Source: Mizuhopecten yessoensis
Lineage: Eukaryota
Assembly (NCBI RefSeq): GCF_002113885.1
Contig: NW_018404512.1
Span: 374,740-438,739 of the forward strand
DNA length: 64,000 nt
Direction: 5' to 3'
Below are positions 28,237-39,179 of this stretch, piece after piece; within the stretch, counting starts at the first letter, position 1; each line of letters starts with the position of its first letter. The notes under the pieces were generated by a model that was given only the letters and a program-made list of their open reading frames with translations, was not told the origin of the DNA and searched no databases. Made by a program: the position numbers and the translations under genes.

Positions 28237-31200
28237 CTATTCAAAGTAGTACGATGATATATTTTCCAGAATCCTCATCATGTTCTCCTTCTCTTTCAGG
28301 TAAAAATGACCTCCGGGTAACATTTTAGTGGTCACTTTTCCTTTGGTCAAATCTGCCCAAGCTGAAGAAAAGAAAAAGAACAGATAGATCACCAATATGA
28401 AATGTCAAAATCGATACTAGCAATAGTGTTCACAATGAAAATAGGTGTTTGATAATAATAATTGAAAAACCACTACATTATTTTGGAGACTATTCTGAAC
28501 GACTCCTGGAAGAACTAGGTCTCTGGAAGTCTCCATTATTTTGGGAGGCGCAGAAACCGGACTCCTATATATCTCTTTTAGTTTTGGGGTCGTAATTGTT
28601 GAAAACCTTTTATTTCCCTTTCATTTCATAATTTACCTTTTCACCACTGTAGACCATAATGGACTCATCCATATCAATGCATGGTAGAGTCTACTAAAGT
28701 TACATAGGGTTGAAAGGGTTAAGCGAATATAACGAATGTTAGAGTAGTTCATCATTTAATATTTCAGCAGTTATTTCCCTTGTAATGGTAAAGTGAAATC
28801 AACATGGTAACATATGGTTGTGATTCATAACTGCCTACCTTGTAGGATTTATTACCTATGTTAAATGTTGTTGTAAAGTCTACCTTTATGGACTATGTCG
28901 TATGTTGTGTTTACAGGCCTAAATTGTAGCTTGTGTTTTAAAACCTTGTTGGTTGTTGTGTAAATTGACCTACATTGTACATTGTAGATTGTGTTTGATG
29001 GTTTTGTTGTGTGTTGTGTCGATAGACCTGCATTGTAGCTTGTGTGATATGGTCTTGTGTGTTGGCAGGAGTGGCTCAACATCGAGTGCGATGCAGGTGA
29101 GCTCTTAAAAAATTAACACTGTTTGGCAAGTTATCTGGCCCCACTAAACGAGTGAACGGTTGCAGTACGACGGAAAGACTCCATTTCACGTGTACATGAA
29201 CTCATTACCAGTATCAGATTATATGCTCCCATCAAGACGATTCCGGATGAAGTCAGTGACATATTATATGAAGACGTGAACGGTTGTATCATTCCAAAGC
29301 GTCACCGAGATATAGCAACAGTGTTCTACTCCAGAACAGTGCAGAAGATGGCAGCAAGTTACAACCACTATCTGCCGCTTCCCTACAATGCACCCTAGCT
29401 CCACTCGAATTTCATCGTCAGAAAAAAAGGTCGGGCTGGAAGTACATGTCACGAATGTCAGGTGTGACGCCGAAAGATGGACTGACCAACGCCGTATTTC
29501 CGTCTATGATACAGCCCTTAGTTCGCTACCTCAAGTTCCGATTGGCGTCCCTCTAGGCGCCATACCAACTTAGAACAGTTACAGAAAGTCATAATCTGCA
29601 ACTGGTTGTTACTTCTTCTGAGCTTCAGTTTACAAAGAAAGTGGTACGGCTCTGACCTAGCAAATGAAGCATAAGGCAGCATGGCTTGGCTGCAAATATG
29701 TCTACATCATACACATCTACAAGCGTAAAGAAAATCGCTAGGACTGCAACGAACAACATATTATAACTACCCTGTCCGTCGCAGGCAAGAATCCGACTAG
29801 AAGCTTGAGTATGGTCTCTTACAAGAGAATCATAAAGGCTTCTGGGGAAAAGTCATGGTTATCTATATGGTGTTTACTGCTAGACAGCTACAATAGAAGT
29901 ATCAGAAACAGAATGTGACATGTACCCTGCACATGGCTAGCAGACCAAGGAACCTGTTTGCAAATATTGCCATTGAAGAATCATGGCGAAGTATGATGTC
30001 CGTAAAGAATGAGATTCTGCAACAGCTTTATGATGACATATTTGCAAGAGTCTGTGACAATGAAGAAACTGATTAATTTCCTGTCTCAAACGGAGTGAAG
30101 CAGGGCTGTGTCCTTGCTTCAACCCGGCAGTTAAATGTGTTCTGTCATGATGATTGATGTTTTCAAAACACCAGACACAGTCATCGGTATTCGATGGCTC
30201 ACTCTTAAACCTCAGAATGCTTAAACCAAAAACCAAAGTTATGACAGGGACTTCTTCTTTGCTAATGGCTGTGTCCTCGATGGTGCCTTCGACGCAGACA
30301 TGCAGTGTTGATTGGTTATTGGAGACTCGAGATCAGTACAAAGATGGATGCATAAAACATCTAGAAAAGAGATACGTTGAACCCAACATTAGCATCAACG
30401 GGCAACGACTGAATTGTGTGGACATGTTTACCTTAAATAACAGCACACTTTCTAGAAACGTTGTCATACAAATTTAAAAGTTAATGTCGAACACGGGTGT
30501 TGCCTTTGGAAAACTCCACAAGAACAGGTGTAGCGGAACAGCTTAGAAACAAGGATCAAAGCTATAGTTTTCACTTCTCTGCTGCATGGCTGCACATCAT
30601 GGACGGTCTATCAGCGTCATGCGAAACAACTGAGCGACTTCCATACCAACTGCCTCAGAAAAGTGGGCAGACCAATTCCTATAACCTGATAAGTATATTA
30701 AACTGTACTAGGTTGCCAAGCATACCCACCATCATTTTTGTGTCATAGCTTTGCTGGCAAGACATGAGGTTCACACGCCAGTCGCCGGCTGCCAAGAAGC
30801 TGTTATATTGCGAACTCCAATGAGGTTAATTCATCCAGGGAAGCAAAAGCCATAAGAACACATTAAAAGCTTCGCTTAAATACTTAAACATCAGCCATGT
30901 CACCTGGGAAAAAACAAAACTTTATTGCCACACAGCTAGAAAAACGTCCTGGTGCGGATTGGCCTGACAAGTTGTCAGTGCAACATAGAACCTGACCCCA
31001 AACTTAGGATGACTAGATGGATCTCATTGTTTTTGACAGACCAAAAACTTCTTTCGGGTAATTTCCGAGCTATTACTTGCATGTAGTGAGGTAGGTTTAA
31101 ATTTGAAATCGACTACACCAACATTGTAGGTTGTTTTTGTTGGCCTACCTATCTTGTAGATTAATTTTGATGGTCTATATTAAAGACCATGTTGGGAGAG

Positions 31201-33990
31201 CTACCTTGTAGTCTGTGTTTGATAGCCTACCACATAGGTTCAGTATGATGGTCTGTTTGAAGAGCTACTTTGTAGTCTGTGTTTGATAGCCTACCATGAA
31301 GGTTATGTTCAATGGTCTGTATGAAGAGCTACCTTGCAGTCTGTGTTTGATAGCCTATCTTGTAGCCTGTGTTATTTGGCCTACACTTTAAGCTGTGTTT
31401 GATAGCCTTACTTGTAGCCTGTGTTTATTGGCCTACACTATAAGCTGTGTTTGATAGCCTTACTTGTAGCCTGTGTTTATTGACCTACACTGTAAGCTGT
31501 GTTTGATAGCCTTACTTGTAGTCTGTGTTTATTGACCTACACTGTAAGCTGTGTTTGATAGCCTTACTTGTAGCCTGTGTTTATTGACCTACACTATAAG
31601 CTGTGTTTGATAGCCTTGTAGCCTGTGTTATTTGGCCTACACTATAAGCTGTGTTTGATAGCCTTACTTGTAGCCTGTGGTTATTGGCCTACACTATAAG
31701 CTGTCTTTGATAGCCTTACTTGTAGCCTGTGGTTATTGGCCTACACTATAAGCTGCGTTTGATAGCCTCACTAGTAGCCTGTGTTTATTGGCCTACACTG
31801 TAAGCTGTGTTTGATGGCCTTACTTGTAGCCTGTGTTTATTTACCTACACTGTGAGCTGTGTTTGATAGCCTTACTTTTAGCCTGTGTTTATTGGCCTAC
31901 ACAGTAAGCTGTGTTTGATAGCCTTACTTGAAGCCTGTGTTTATTGGCCTACTCTATAAGCTGTGTGTGATGGCCTTACTTGTAGCCTGTGTTTATTGCC
32001 CTACACTATAAGCTGTGTTTGATAGCTTTACTTGTAGCCTGTGTTTATTGGCCTACACAGTAAGCTGTGTTTGATAGCCTTACTTGTAGCTTGTGTTTAT
32101 TGACCTACACTATAAGCTGTGTTTGATAGACTTACTTGTAGCCTGTGTTTATTGGCCTACACTAGAAGCTGTGTTTGATAGCCTTCCTTGTAGCCTGTGT
32201 TTATTGACCTCCACTTTAAGCTGTGTTTGATAGCCTTGTAGCCTGTGTTATTTGGCCTACGCTATAAGCTGTGTTTGATAGCCTTCCTTGTAGCCTGTGT
32301 TTATTGACCTACACTGTAAGCTGTGTTTTATAGCCTTACTTGTAGCCTGTGTTTATTGGCCTACACTATAAGCTGTGTTTGATAGCCTCACTAGTAGCCC
32401 GTGTTAATTGATCTACACTATAAGCTGTGTTTGATAGCCTTACTTGTAGCCTGTGTTTATTGACCTACACTATAAGCTGTGTTTGATAGCCTTACTTGTA
32501 GCCTGTGTTTATTGGCCTACACTATAAACTGTGTTTGGTAGCCTATTTTGTAGGTAACGTTTGTTGGTCAATATTGTGTGTTAAGTTTGAAGGCCTACCT
32601 TTTAGGTTGTGCTTGATATCATACTCTCCATCTGTTATATCTATTGGGCAGGTCAGAGGTTTATCTCCAACAAGGTCATAGCTGCAAAACCAAGATACTT
32701 TATTAGACACAAAACATTCCCTTTTATCCTTATAGTATTTAGGAATTAAAAGATTTTAATTCAGGTAATTAGAAACAGATGTGAGTGTAATTATATTGGA
32801 ATAGAAGATATAAGAGTAAATAAATGAGAGGAACAATTTAGCTGGAAGACGGGCTGAAATAAGATGATACTAGGAAGAAAAGGAATGGTATCAGATGGTA
32901 AAGAAGATTGGCAGAATAGGAGGATATTAGGGAAATGCATGGTATCAAGTGTTCTAGAACGAAGAATCTTAAGATGGGCAGGATTGGTGGATATTAGAAG
33001 AGAAAGGTATAGTATCAGGTGGTCAAGAATAAGGGAATTTTAGGATATACAGGATTGGAGAGTATTTGGAGGTAATTAAGACATGGTATCAAGTGGTCCA
33101 GAATTGAGAATTTTAGAATGGGCAGGCTAGGAAGATATAAGGAGGGAAAGGCATAGTATCAAGTTGTCCAAAATAAGAAATTTATCAGATTGCAAAGTTA
33201 GGATGATATCAAGTGGTCCAGAATAAGAGAATTTTAAAATGGGCCAGAGTGTTTGCTATTAGAAGAGGAAGAAAGGTATTAGTGGATCAAGGGTGGGATA
33301 GTTTCAGATAACTAATAAAAGAGGAGATTTGGAGAGAAATGCAGGGTATTTGTAGGACAGGAATGAGAGAGTTGTAGATGTACAATTGCTGGGATAGAGT
33401 TCCATAAGAGAAAATAGGGAGAGGTATGCCTTAATGGGAGGTTTTCAGGATGGCTGGAAAGGAAGATAGAAGCAGTTTGCAGGGTATTTAGAGGAGGTGT
33501 TTGATTGAAATGTAGGAAAGGAATGAAATTGTGAAAAGGAAGAGGGCAGGAACTAAAAGGAAGCTGCAGAAAGCATAGCAGATAATTTACACTTACTCAA
33601 ATTGGTCTACTAGTTCGTAGTCTGCTCTCAAGGGAGGTAGAAACAGAGCCATGAGCTCCTCGCTTTTCAGAATTTCATCTGGAGTTCCACCTAATGTTTG
33701 GAGAAGAAACGGGGATCAAATAAGTACCCAATGTGGATCACATTTATAGAAGGTTACAAACTTATTTCTTGGTGGATATAAAGAAAATATTTATTTCTTG
33801 GAGGATATAAAGAAAATATGTCACACACCAGCACTTTTAAGCTACTAGTACATGGATACTGTAACCATTTGGTAAGATTTGCCCTGCTGGAACCTGATAA
33901 AAAGTGAAAAATTCTCAGCCCTGGTGCCATCTCAAATTTCAAATTAGTCCAAATAATGACATTTCTCAGGATCAAGAGTATGGCTGAGAT

Positions 33991-34027
<37 letters not shown>

Positions 34028-37000
34028 AAGGCAGACAGACAAGGTGATGGATGTGATAATACATCAAGTCAGTTATACCATTTCAAACTTTAAACTTACC
34101 CAGTTTCCTGAGAAAATCTTTGAATTCTGCATCATTGAGATTTCTCACATACACTTTATTCTTTTTTCTTTCTTCTGACTGTAAGAATAACAAATGATAA
34201 TCATGAAAGCCTAGGTTATAGATGGCTTTGTGCCCAAGATAGTGTTGTTACCTGCCATCTCTCTATGTTATAGTATGGCGTAGCTTAGTTACATGTTAGA
34301 CTGTGATCTCTACAAACACACAGGCATAACTTCATACTAAAGAAGGATCAGAGACTCTAAACGAAATCACACAGACACGTTAAAGCTCATACTTACATGG
34401 GGAGCTTAGACTTTAGACAAAATCATACAGACACATTTAAGCTCAAACTTACATGGGGAGCAGAGACTCTAGACAAAATCATACAGGCACATTTCAGCTC
34501 AAACTTACATGGGGAGTGGAAACTCTGGACAAAATCATACAGACACGTTTAAGCTCAAACTTACTTGGGGAGTGGAAAATCTGGACAAAATCATACAGAC
34601 ACGTTTAAGCTCAAACTTAAATGGGGAGTGGAGACTCTAGACAAAATCCTACAGACACATTTCAGCTCAAACTTACATGGGGAGCAGAGACTGTAGACAA
34701 AATCATACAGACCCATTTCAGCTCAAACTTACATGGGGAGTGGAGTCTCTAGACAAAATCATACAGACACGTTTAAGCTCAAACTTACTTGGGGAGTGGA
34801 AACTCTGGACAAAATCATACAGACACGTTTAAGCTCAAACTTACATGGGGAGTGGAGACTCTAAACAAAATCATACAGACACATTTAAGCTCAAACTTAC
34901 ATGGAGAGTAGAGACTCTAAACGAAATCACACAGACACGTTAAAGCTCATACTTACATGGGGAGCTTAGACTCTAGACAAAATCATACAGACACATTTAA
35001 GCTCAAACTTACATGGAGAGAGGAGACTCTAAACGAAATCACACAGACACGTTTATGCTCATACTTACATGGGGGGTAAGACTCTAGACAAAATCATACA
35101 GACACGTTTAAGCTAAAACTTACTTGGGGAGTGGAGACTCTAGACAAAATCATACAGACACATTTAAGCTCAAACTTACATGGGGAGCAGAGACTCTAGA
35201 CAAAATCATACAGACACGTTTAAGCTCAAACTTACATGGGGAGTGGAGACTCGAAACTAAATCATACAGACACATTTAAGCTCAAACTTACATGGAGAGT
35301 GGAGACTCTAAACGAAATCACACAGACACGTTTAAGCTCATACTTACATGGGGGGTAAGACTCTAGACAAAATCATACAGACACGTTTAAGCTCAAACTT
35401 ACATGGGGAGTGGAGACTCGAAACTAAATCATACAGACACATTTAAGCTCAAACTTACATGGAGAGTGGAGACTCTAAACGAAATCACACAGACACGTTT
35501 AAGCTCATACTTACTTGGGGGGTAAGACTCTAGACAAAATCAAACAGACATGTTTAAGCTCAAACTTACATGGGGAGTGGAGACTCTAAACGAAATCACA
35601 CAGACACGTTTAAGCTCATACTTACATGGGGAGTGGAGACTCTAAACGAAATCATACAGACACATTTAAGCTCAAACTTACATGGGGAGTGGAGACTCTA
35701 AACGAAATCACACAGACACGTTTAAGCTCATACTTACATGGGGAGCAGAGACTCCAGACACAAACAAGCGCTCTGGCTCAAGGTTGTACTCGCTCTTCAG
35801 AATTCTTGCTACTTCAAAACACATCATTGCTCCAAGACTAAAACATTTGATATAAAACATATATGTATTCAAAAGTACTTCTCTTTTAGCTAGACATATT
35901 GCAGCCTCCCAAAACACACACGCATACACTACATGCATGCATCTTGCACACAGGGGAGGCCGTCCTTAAATGACCATAGCTGTTGATAGGGTGTTAAACA
36001 CTCCTAAACAAAACAAAACAAAACTTTTAGCTAAAAGCTTGCTAGAATATATCCAATCCATGGACTAAACAACAATATTACTTCAATAAGTAAAACTGAC
36101 TGATTCCAAGAGGAACTTAACTCATTCACCCCTGAAGACACATTTGAACTCTTCCAATTCAATGGTTGGAATAGTTCATTATGAATCTTCAGGGGTGAAT
36201 GAGTTAATATTGTGGTAAAGATTATCAAGCAAAATCTGACAAGAGTGCCATTCCTTTCACTATCAAAGTCAATTATGACATTATGTTTCAAGCATGGTGA
36301 AAAGTGTTAAAACGGAGATGTTTAAGTTTTCAATATTGAAAACTTTCATTGTATGATAATGTATGCATTTTAATTCTTCAAGTGTTTTCAATGTGTAGGA
36401 AAAGTTATGATTTGTGTTCAATATTTATTGTGGAAATATCTTTGATGGCATGCTGCTGCAATACATATAGTTAACACTGACTGTATACTGCTACGACACA
36501 TAGTTCATTGTGAGTCAATACTGCTTAGACACATAATTCATTGTGAGTCAATACTGCTACAACACATAGTCCATTGTGAGTCAATACTGCTACAACATAT
36601 AGTCTATTGTGAGTCAATACTGCTTACACATATAGTTCGTTGCGAGTCAATATTGCTTAGACACATAGTTCTTTGTGAGTCAATACTGCTACGACACATA
36701 GTCCATTGTGAGTCAATACTGCTACAACACATAGTCCATTGTGAGTCAATACTGCTACAACACATAGTTCGTTGTGAGCCAATACTACTACAACACATAG
36801 TCCATTGTGAGTCAATACTGCTACAACACCTAGTTCATTGTGAGTCAATACTGCTAAGACACATAGTTCATTGTGAGCCAATACTGCTAAGACACAAAGT
36901 TCATCGTGAGTCAATACAGCTACAACACATAGTTCGTTGTGAGTCAATACTGCTACAACACCTAGTCCATTGTGAGTCAATACTGCTACAACACATAGTT

Positions 37001-37805
37001 CATGGTGAGTCAATACTGCTACAACACATAGTTCATTGTGAGTCAATACTGCTACAACACATAGTTCGTTGTGAGGGATCAATACTGCTACAACACATAG
37101 TCCATTGTAAGTCAATACTATTAATTGTACAACACATATGCCATGGTGAGTCAATACATATTTTTTTGCGAGTCAATACTGCTACATTAGTTCACGATAA
37201 GTCAATATATTTACACATGCATATTTTCATACTGATTAAGGAAATGTGTTCAGTTATTGGCAAAATCTATTTTTACAGTCCATTTAAGGTTGGATAGTAT
37301 ATATGATCATGTAAATATGTACAGACCTGTGTCCCCAAAAAGCAAAGGGCCGCTCCTTACACTTTGGTATAAGGGCTGAAATGATTTCCTTTTGCACTGT
37401 GTCCAGAGAGTGACAGCAAGGTTCCTTAAATCTTCCTTCTCGTCCTGGCAGTGTAAGGCCAGTCACTGTAACAGATACACTCAACACTACAACATTCAGC
37501 TAATCCTACATCAATATATATATATATATATATATTTCAAATATACTAATGGGGTCTTTTTTTCAAGCTTATGGTTCTTGACAAGACTTATCTACAGTTA
37601 ACTCTTGCTCATACATTGTGTCTATGTAAAGTTTCTGAAGCTGGAGCTGACTGTTACAACCAAAATAGTCACCTTCAATAGACTCTGGGAGCATGTTTCC
37701 CCAGTTTGCATAGAAGTTGGATCCTCCGCCTGCCCAGGGGAAACAGAACAGCTGACAGGAGGCTGTTGGTCTGGGAAATCTACAGTTCAAGACTTTGTTT
37801 GCCAT
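28237..37805 (-). CDS. OLAH: Type II thioesterase (S-acyl fatty acid synthase thioesterase, OLAH-like), 7 coding exons, 250 aa
   Basis: Exons 37673-37805, 37327-37465, 35738-35837, 34100-34178, 33597-33690, 32599-32681 and 28237-28361 are all GT-AG and phase-compatible (753 nt). Motifs: LFCFPWAGGGS, LPGREGR, FWGHSLGA (catalytic Ser), LGGTPDEIL, LRADY, PLTCPI, LPGGHFYL (catalytic His). Confidence 0.92.
28632..28722. mobile_element. Short hairpin MITE, diverged relative of 36117-36207
   Basis: ttta-ccttttcacc ... ggttgaaaggg-ttaa, with 83 bp between the TTWA flanks. Confidence 0.5.
29080..30950 (+). mobile_element. Decayed RTE-clade LINE (APE + RT remnants) in the last OLAH intron
   Basis: Fragments in shifting frames: YAPIKTIPDEVSDILYED (about 29222-29275, APE), WTD (about 29480), NGVKQGCVLA (about 30088-30118), DGSLLNLRMLKPKTKV (about 30193), WTVYQRHAKQLSDFHTNCLRK (about 30600), PKKLLYCEL (about 30792). 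Confidence 0.8.
31190..32620. repeat. 52-bp (2 x 26-bp) minisatellite abutting OLAH exon 6
   Basis: Unit ttgtagcctgtgtttattggcctacactataagctgtgtttgatagccttac, about 23 clean copies with degenerate edges. Confidence 0.9.
32820..33560. repeat. Degenerate purine-rich repeat (about 60-bp period)
   Basis: Recurring ggtatcaagtggtccagaataag...aattttag.atgggcagg. Confidence 0.55.
33990..34024. repeat. (GACA)n microsatellite
   Basis: About 8 copies of GACA. Confidence 0.9.
34350..35755. repeat. 56-bp minisatellite overlapping the OLAH exon 3 splice donor, about 25 copies
   Basis: Unit gagactctaaacgaaatcacacagacacgtttaagctcatacttacatggggagtg. Confidence 0.93.
35951..36022 (+). mobile_element. Probable SINE 3' tail fragment
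   Basis: taaatgaccatagctgttgatagggtgttaaac followed by an (AAAAC)n tail. Resembles mollusc SINE 3' ends from recall only, not searched. Confidence 0.35.
36117..36207. mobile_element. 83-bp MITE with 18-bp perfect TIRs and TTAA target duplication
   Basis: TTAA-ctcattcacccctgaaga ... tcttcaggggtgaatgag-TTAA. Confidence 0.75.
36480..37205. repeat. 33-bp minisatellite in OLAH intron 2, about 20 copies
   Basis: Unit cacatagtccattgtgagtcaatactgctacaa. Confidence 0.9.
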
Positions 37806-38844
37806 CTTTGATACAGGAAAAATATCTAAAATAAATATGAAAATTGGCTTCAATATCAATTTCCATATGCTTATTTTCTCACTATTAAATACAACAGGAA
37901 AGGTACAATGCAAAGGAACAACATGAAAAACCATGTCACCTGTAATAGAACCAATCAAAATTTACCAAACTATTATCAAGATGAATGCAGGGATGGAAAC
38001 AAATCTCCCATCACTGGCCATATAACATCCATTAAACTGCAGAGTAAAATGTCAGGACCTTTGTATTTCTATACTCGCATACTCTCAACAATTCCATGGG
38101 AGTATTTAAATAGTTAGTTTTAATTGGTGATGCCACACTATTCTATACACACCCACAATTTAATATTTCTATAATGTGTTATGATGAAAAAATAAGCTGT
38201 GCCTTACTTTTTTAAATGAGGGTATAAGACAAGGTGCTCCAACATGGCTTAACCTTTTGTTTAAAAACAATTGTAATGATGTATAAGAATTGTTACCTAT
38301 TGTCCTTATTTTAAAACACCATAAATAAAACAATGTTTCAAAAATGAGTACAGGACCATAACTATGTAAAAAGAGGAGCAGTGGAATTTATTAGACACAA
38401 TTAAGCACACAACAGTTCGCCTTCCCTAGATGCATTACACTGTATATGTTATACACAGCATTGCTGATCATAAAGGTTAACAGTAACTGTGCCAACACAC
38501 CATACCTTTCCCCGTTTAAGTTGTGTATGAGTGTATAAGGACTGCTATATATATAACATGCAAATTACCACCTTCAAAGACACCTTACCAGCTTATATTG
38601 ATACTGAAACGTATAATGAGTTTATGGGAAATGTATATCGAAAATATGTCGTAATAGTTAAAAAAAAAATATGATAATACCGGCATATTTCTACCATTGT
38701 TATGTAATCAAACAGGCAACATTTAAATTAACGCTAAAATACATAAGTACAAAAGCAACAAACCGAAAATAAAACACCCGTGACAATATTTGTTTCGGCT
38801 TGACTAAAACAAAAGCATAACAGCACCATTTGTCCACCATTTAC

Positions 38845-39179
38845 CTTGCAATATGTAGTGAAGACGTCTATCCGTGTCACTGTTCCTACACCTGTGCACT
38901 CATATTGTTGGCCTAGACAGTGCTGACAGGTTCATGTCAAGTGACAGACATTGATCTATGGGCCACATTTGAAGTAATGGAGTGAGCTCCCTTTAATCTA
39001 TTTTCGATTTGACGTAATAGGAATTCCCTATTTTTTTCTATTCGGAACTCATTCAGTATTCGTCGAAGTGGGATGATCCTGCACGAGAACAACGAAAAGA
39101 GGTCACGTGGTGTTCCGGTGAAGCGGATGCCAAACAAATTGTTATAAAATTTTGTGATGTTTACACGAAATATGTAGCA
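38845..39179. promoter_or_regulatory. Putative bidirectional promoter shared by OLAH-like (-) and DELE1 (+)
   Basis: Divergent genes. Minus-strand donor AAG|GTAAAT at about 38844 suggests a non-coding OLAH first exon. E-box GTCACGTG at about 39102 and TGACGTAA at about 39010; CpG-containing patch. Confidence 0.45.

Noticed and set aside
36604-37297. His/Cys-rich repeat ORFs
   Set aside because: Translation of an intronic 33-bp repeat. Similarity of this unit to the exon 2 donor is too weak to add it to the donor-seeded set.
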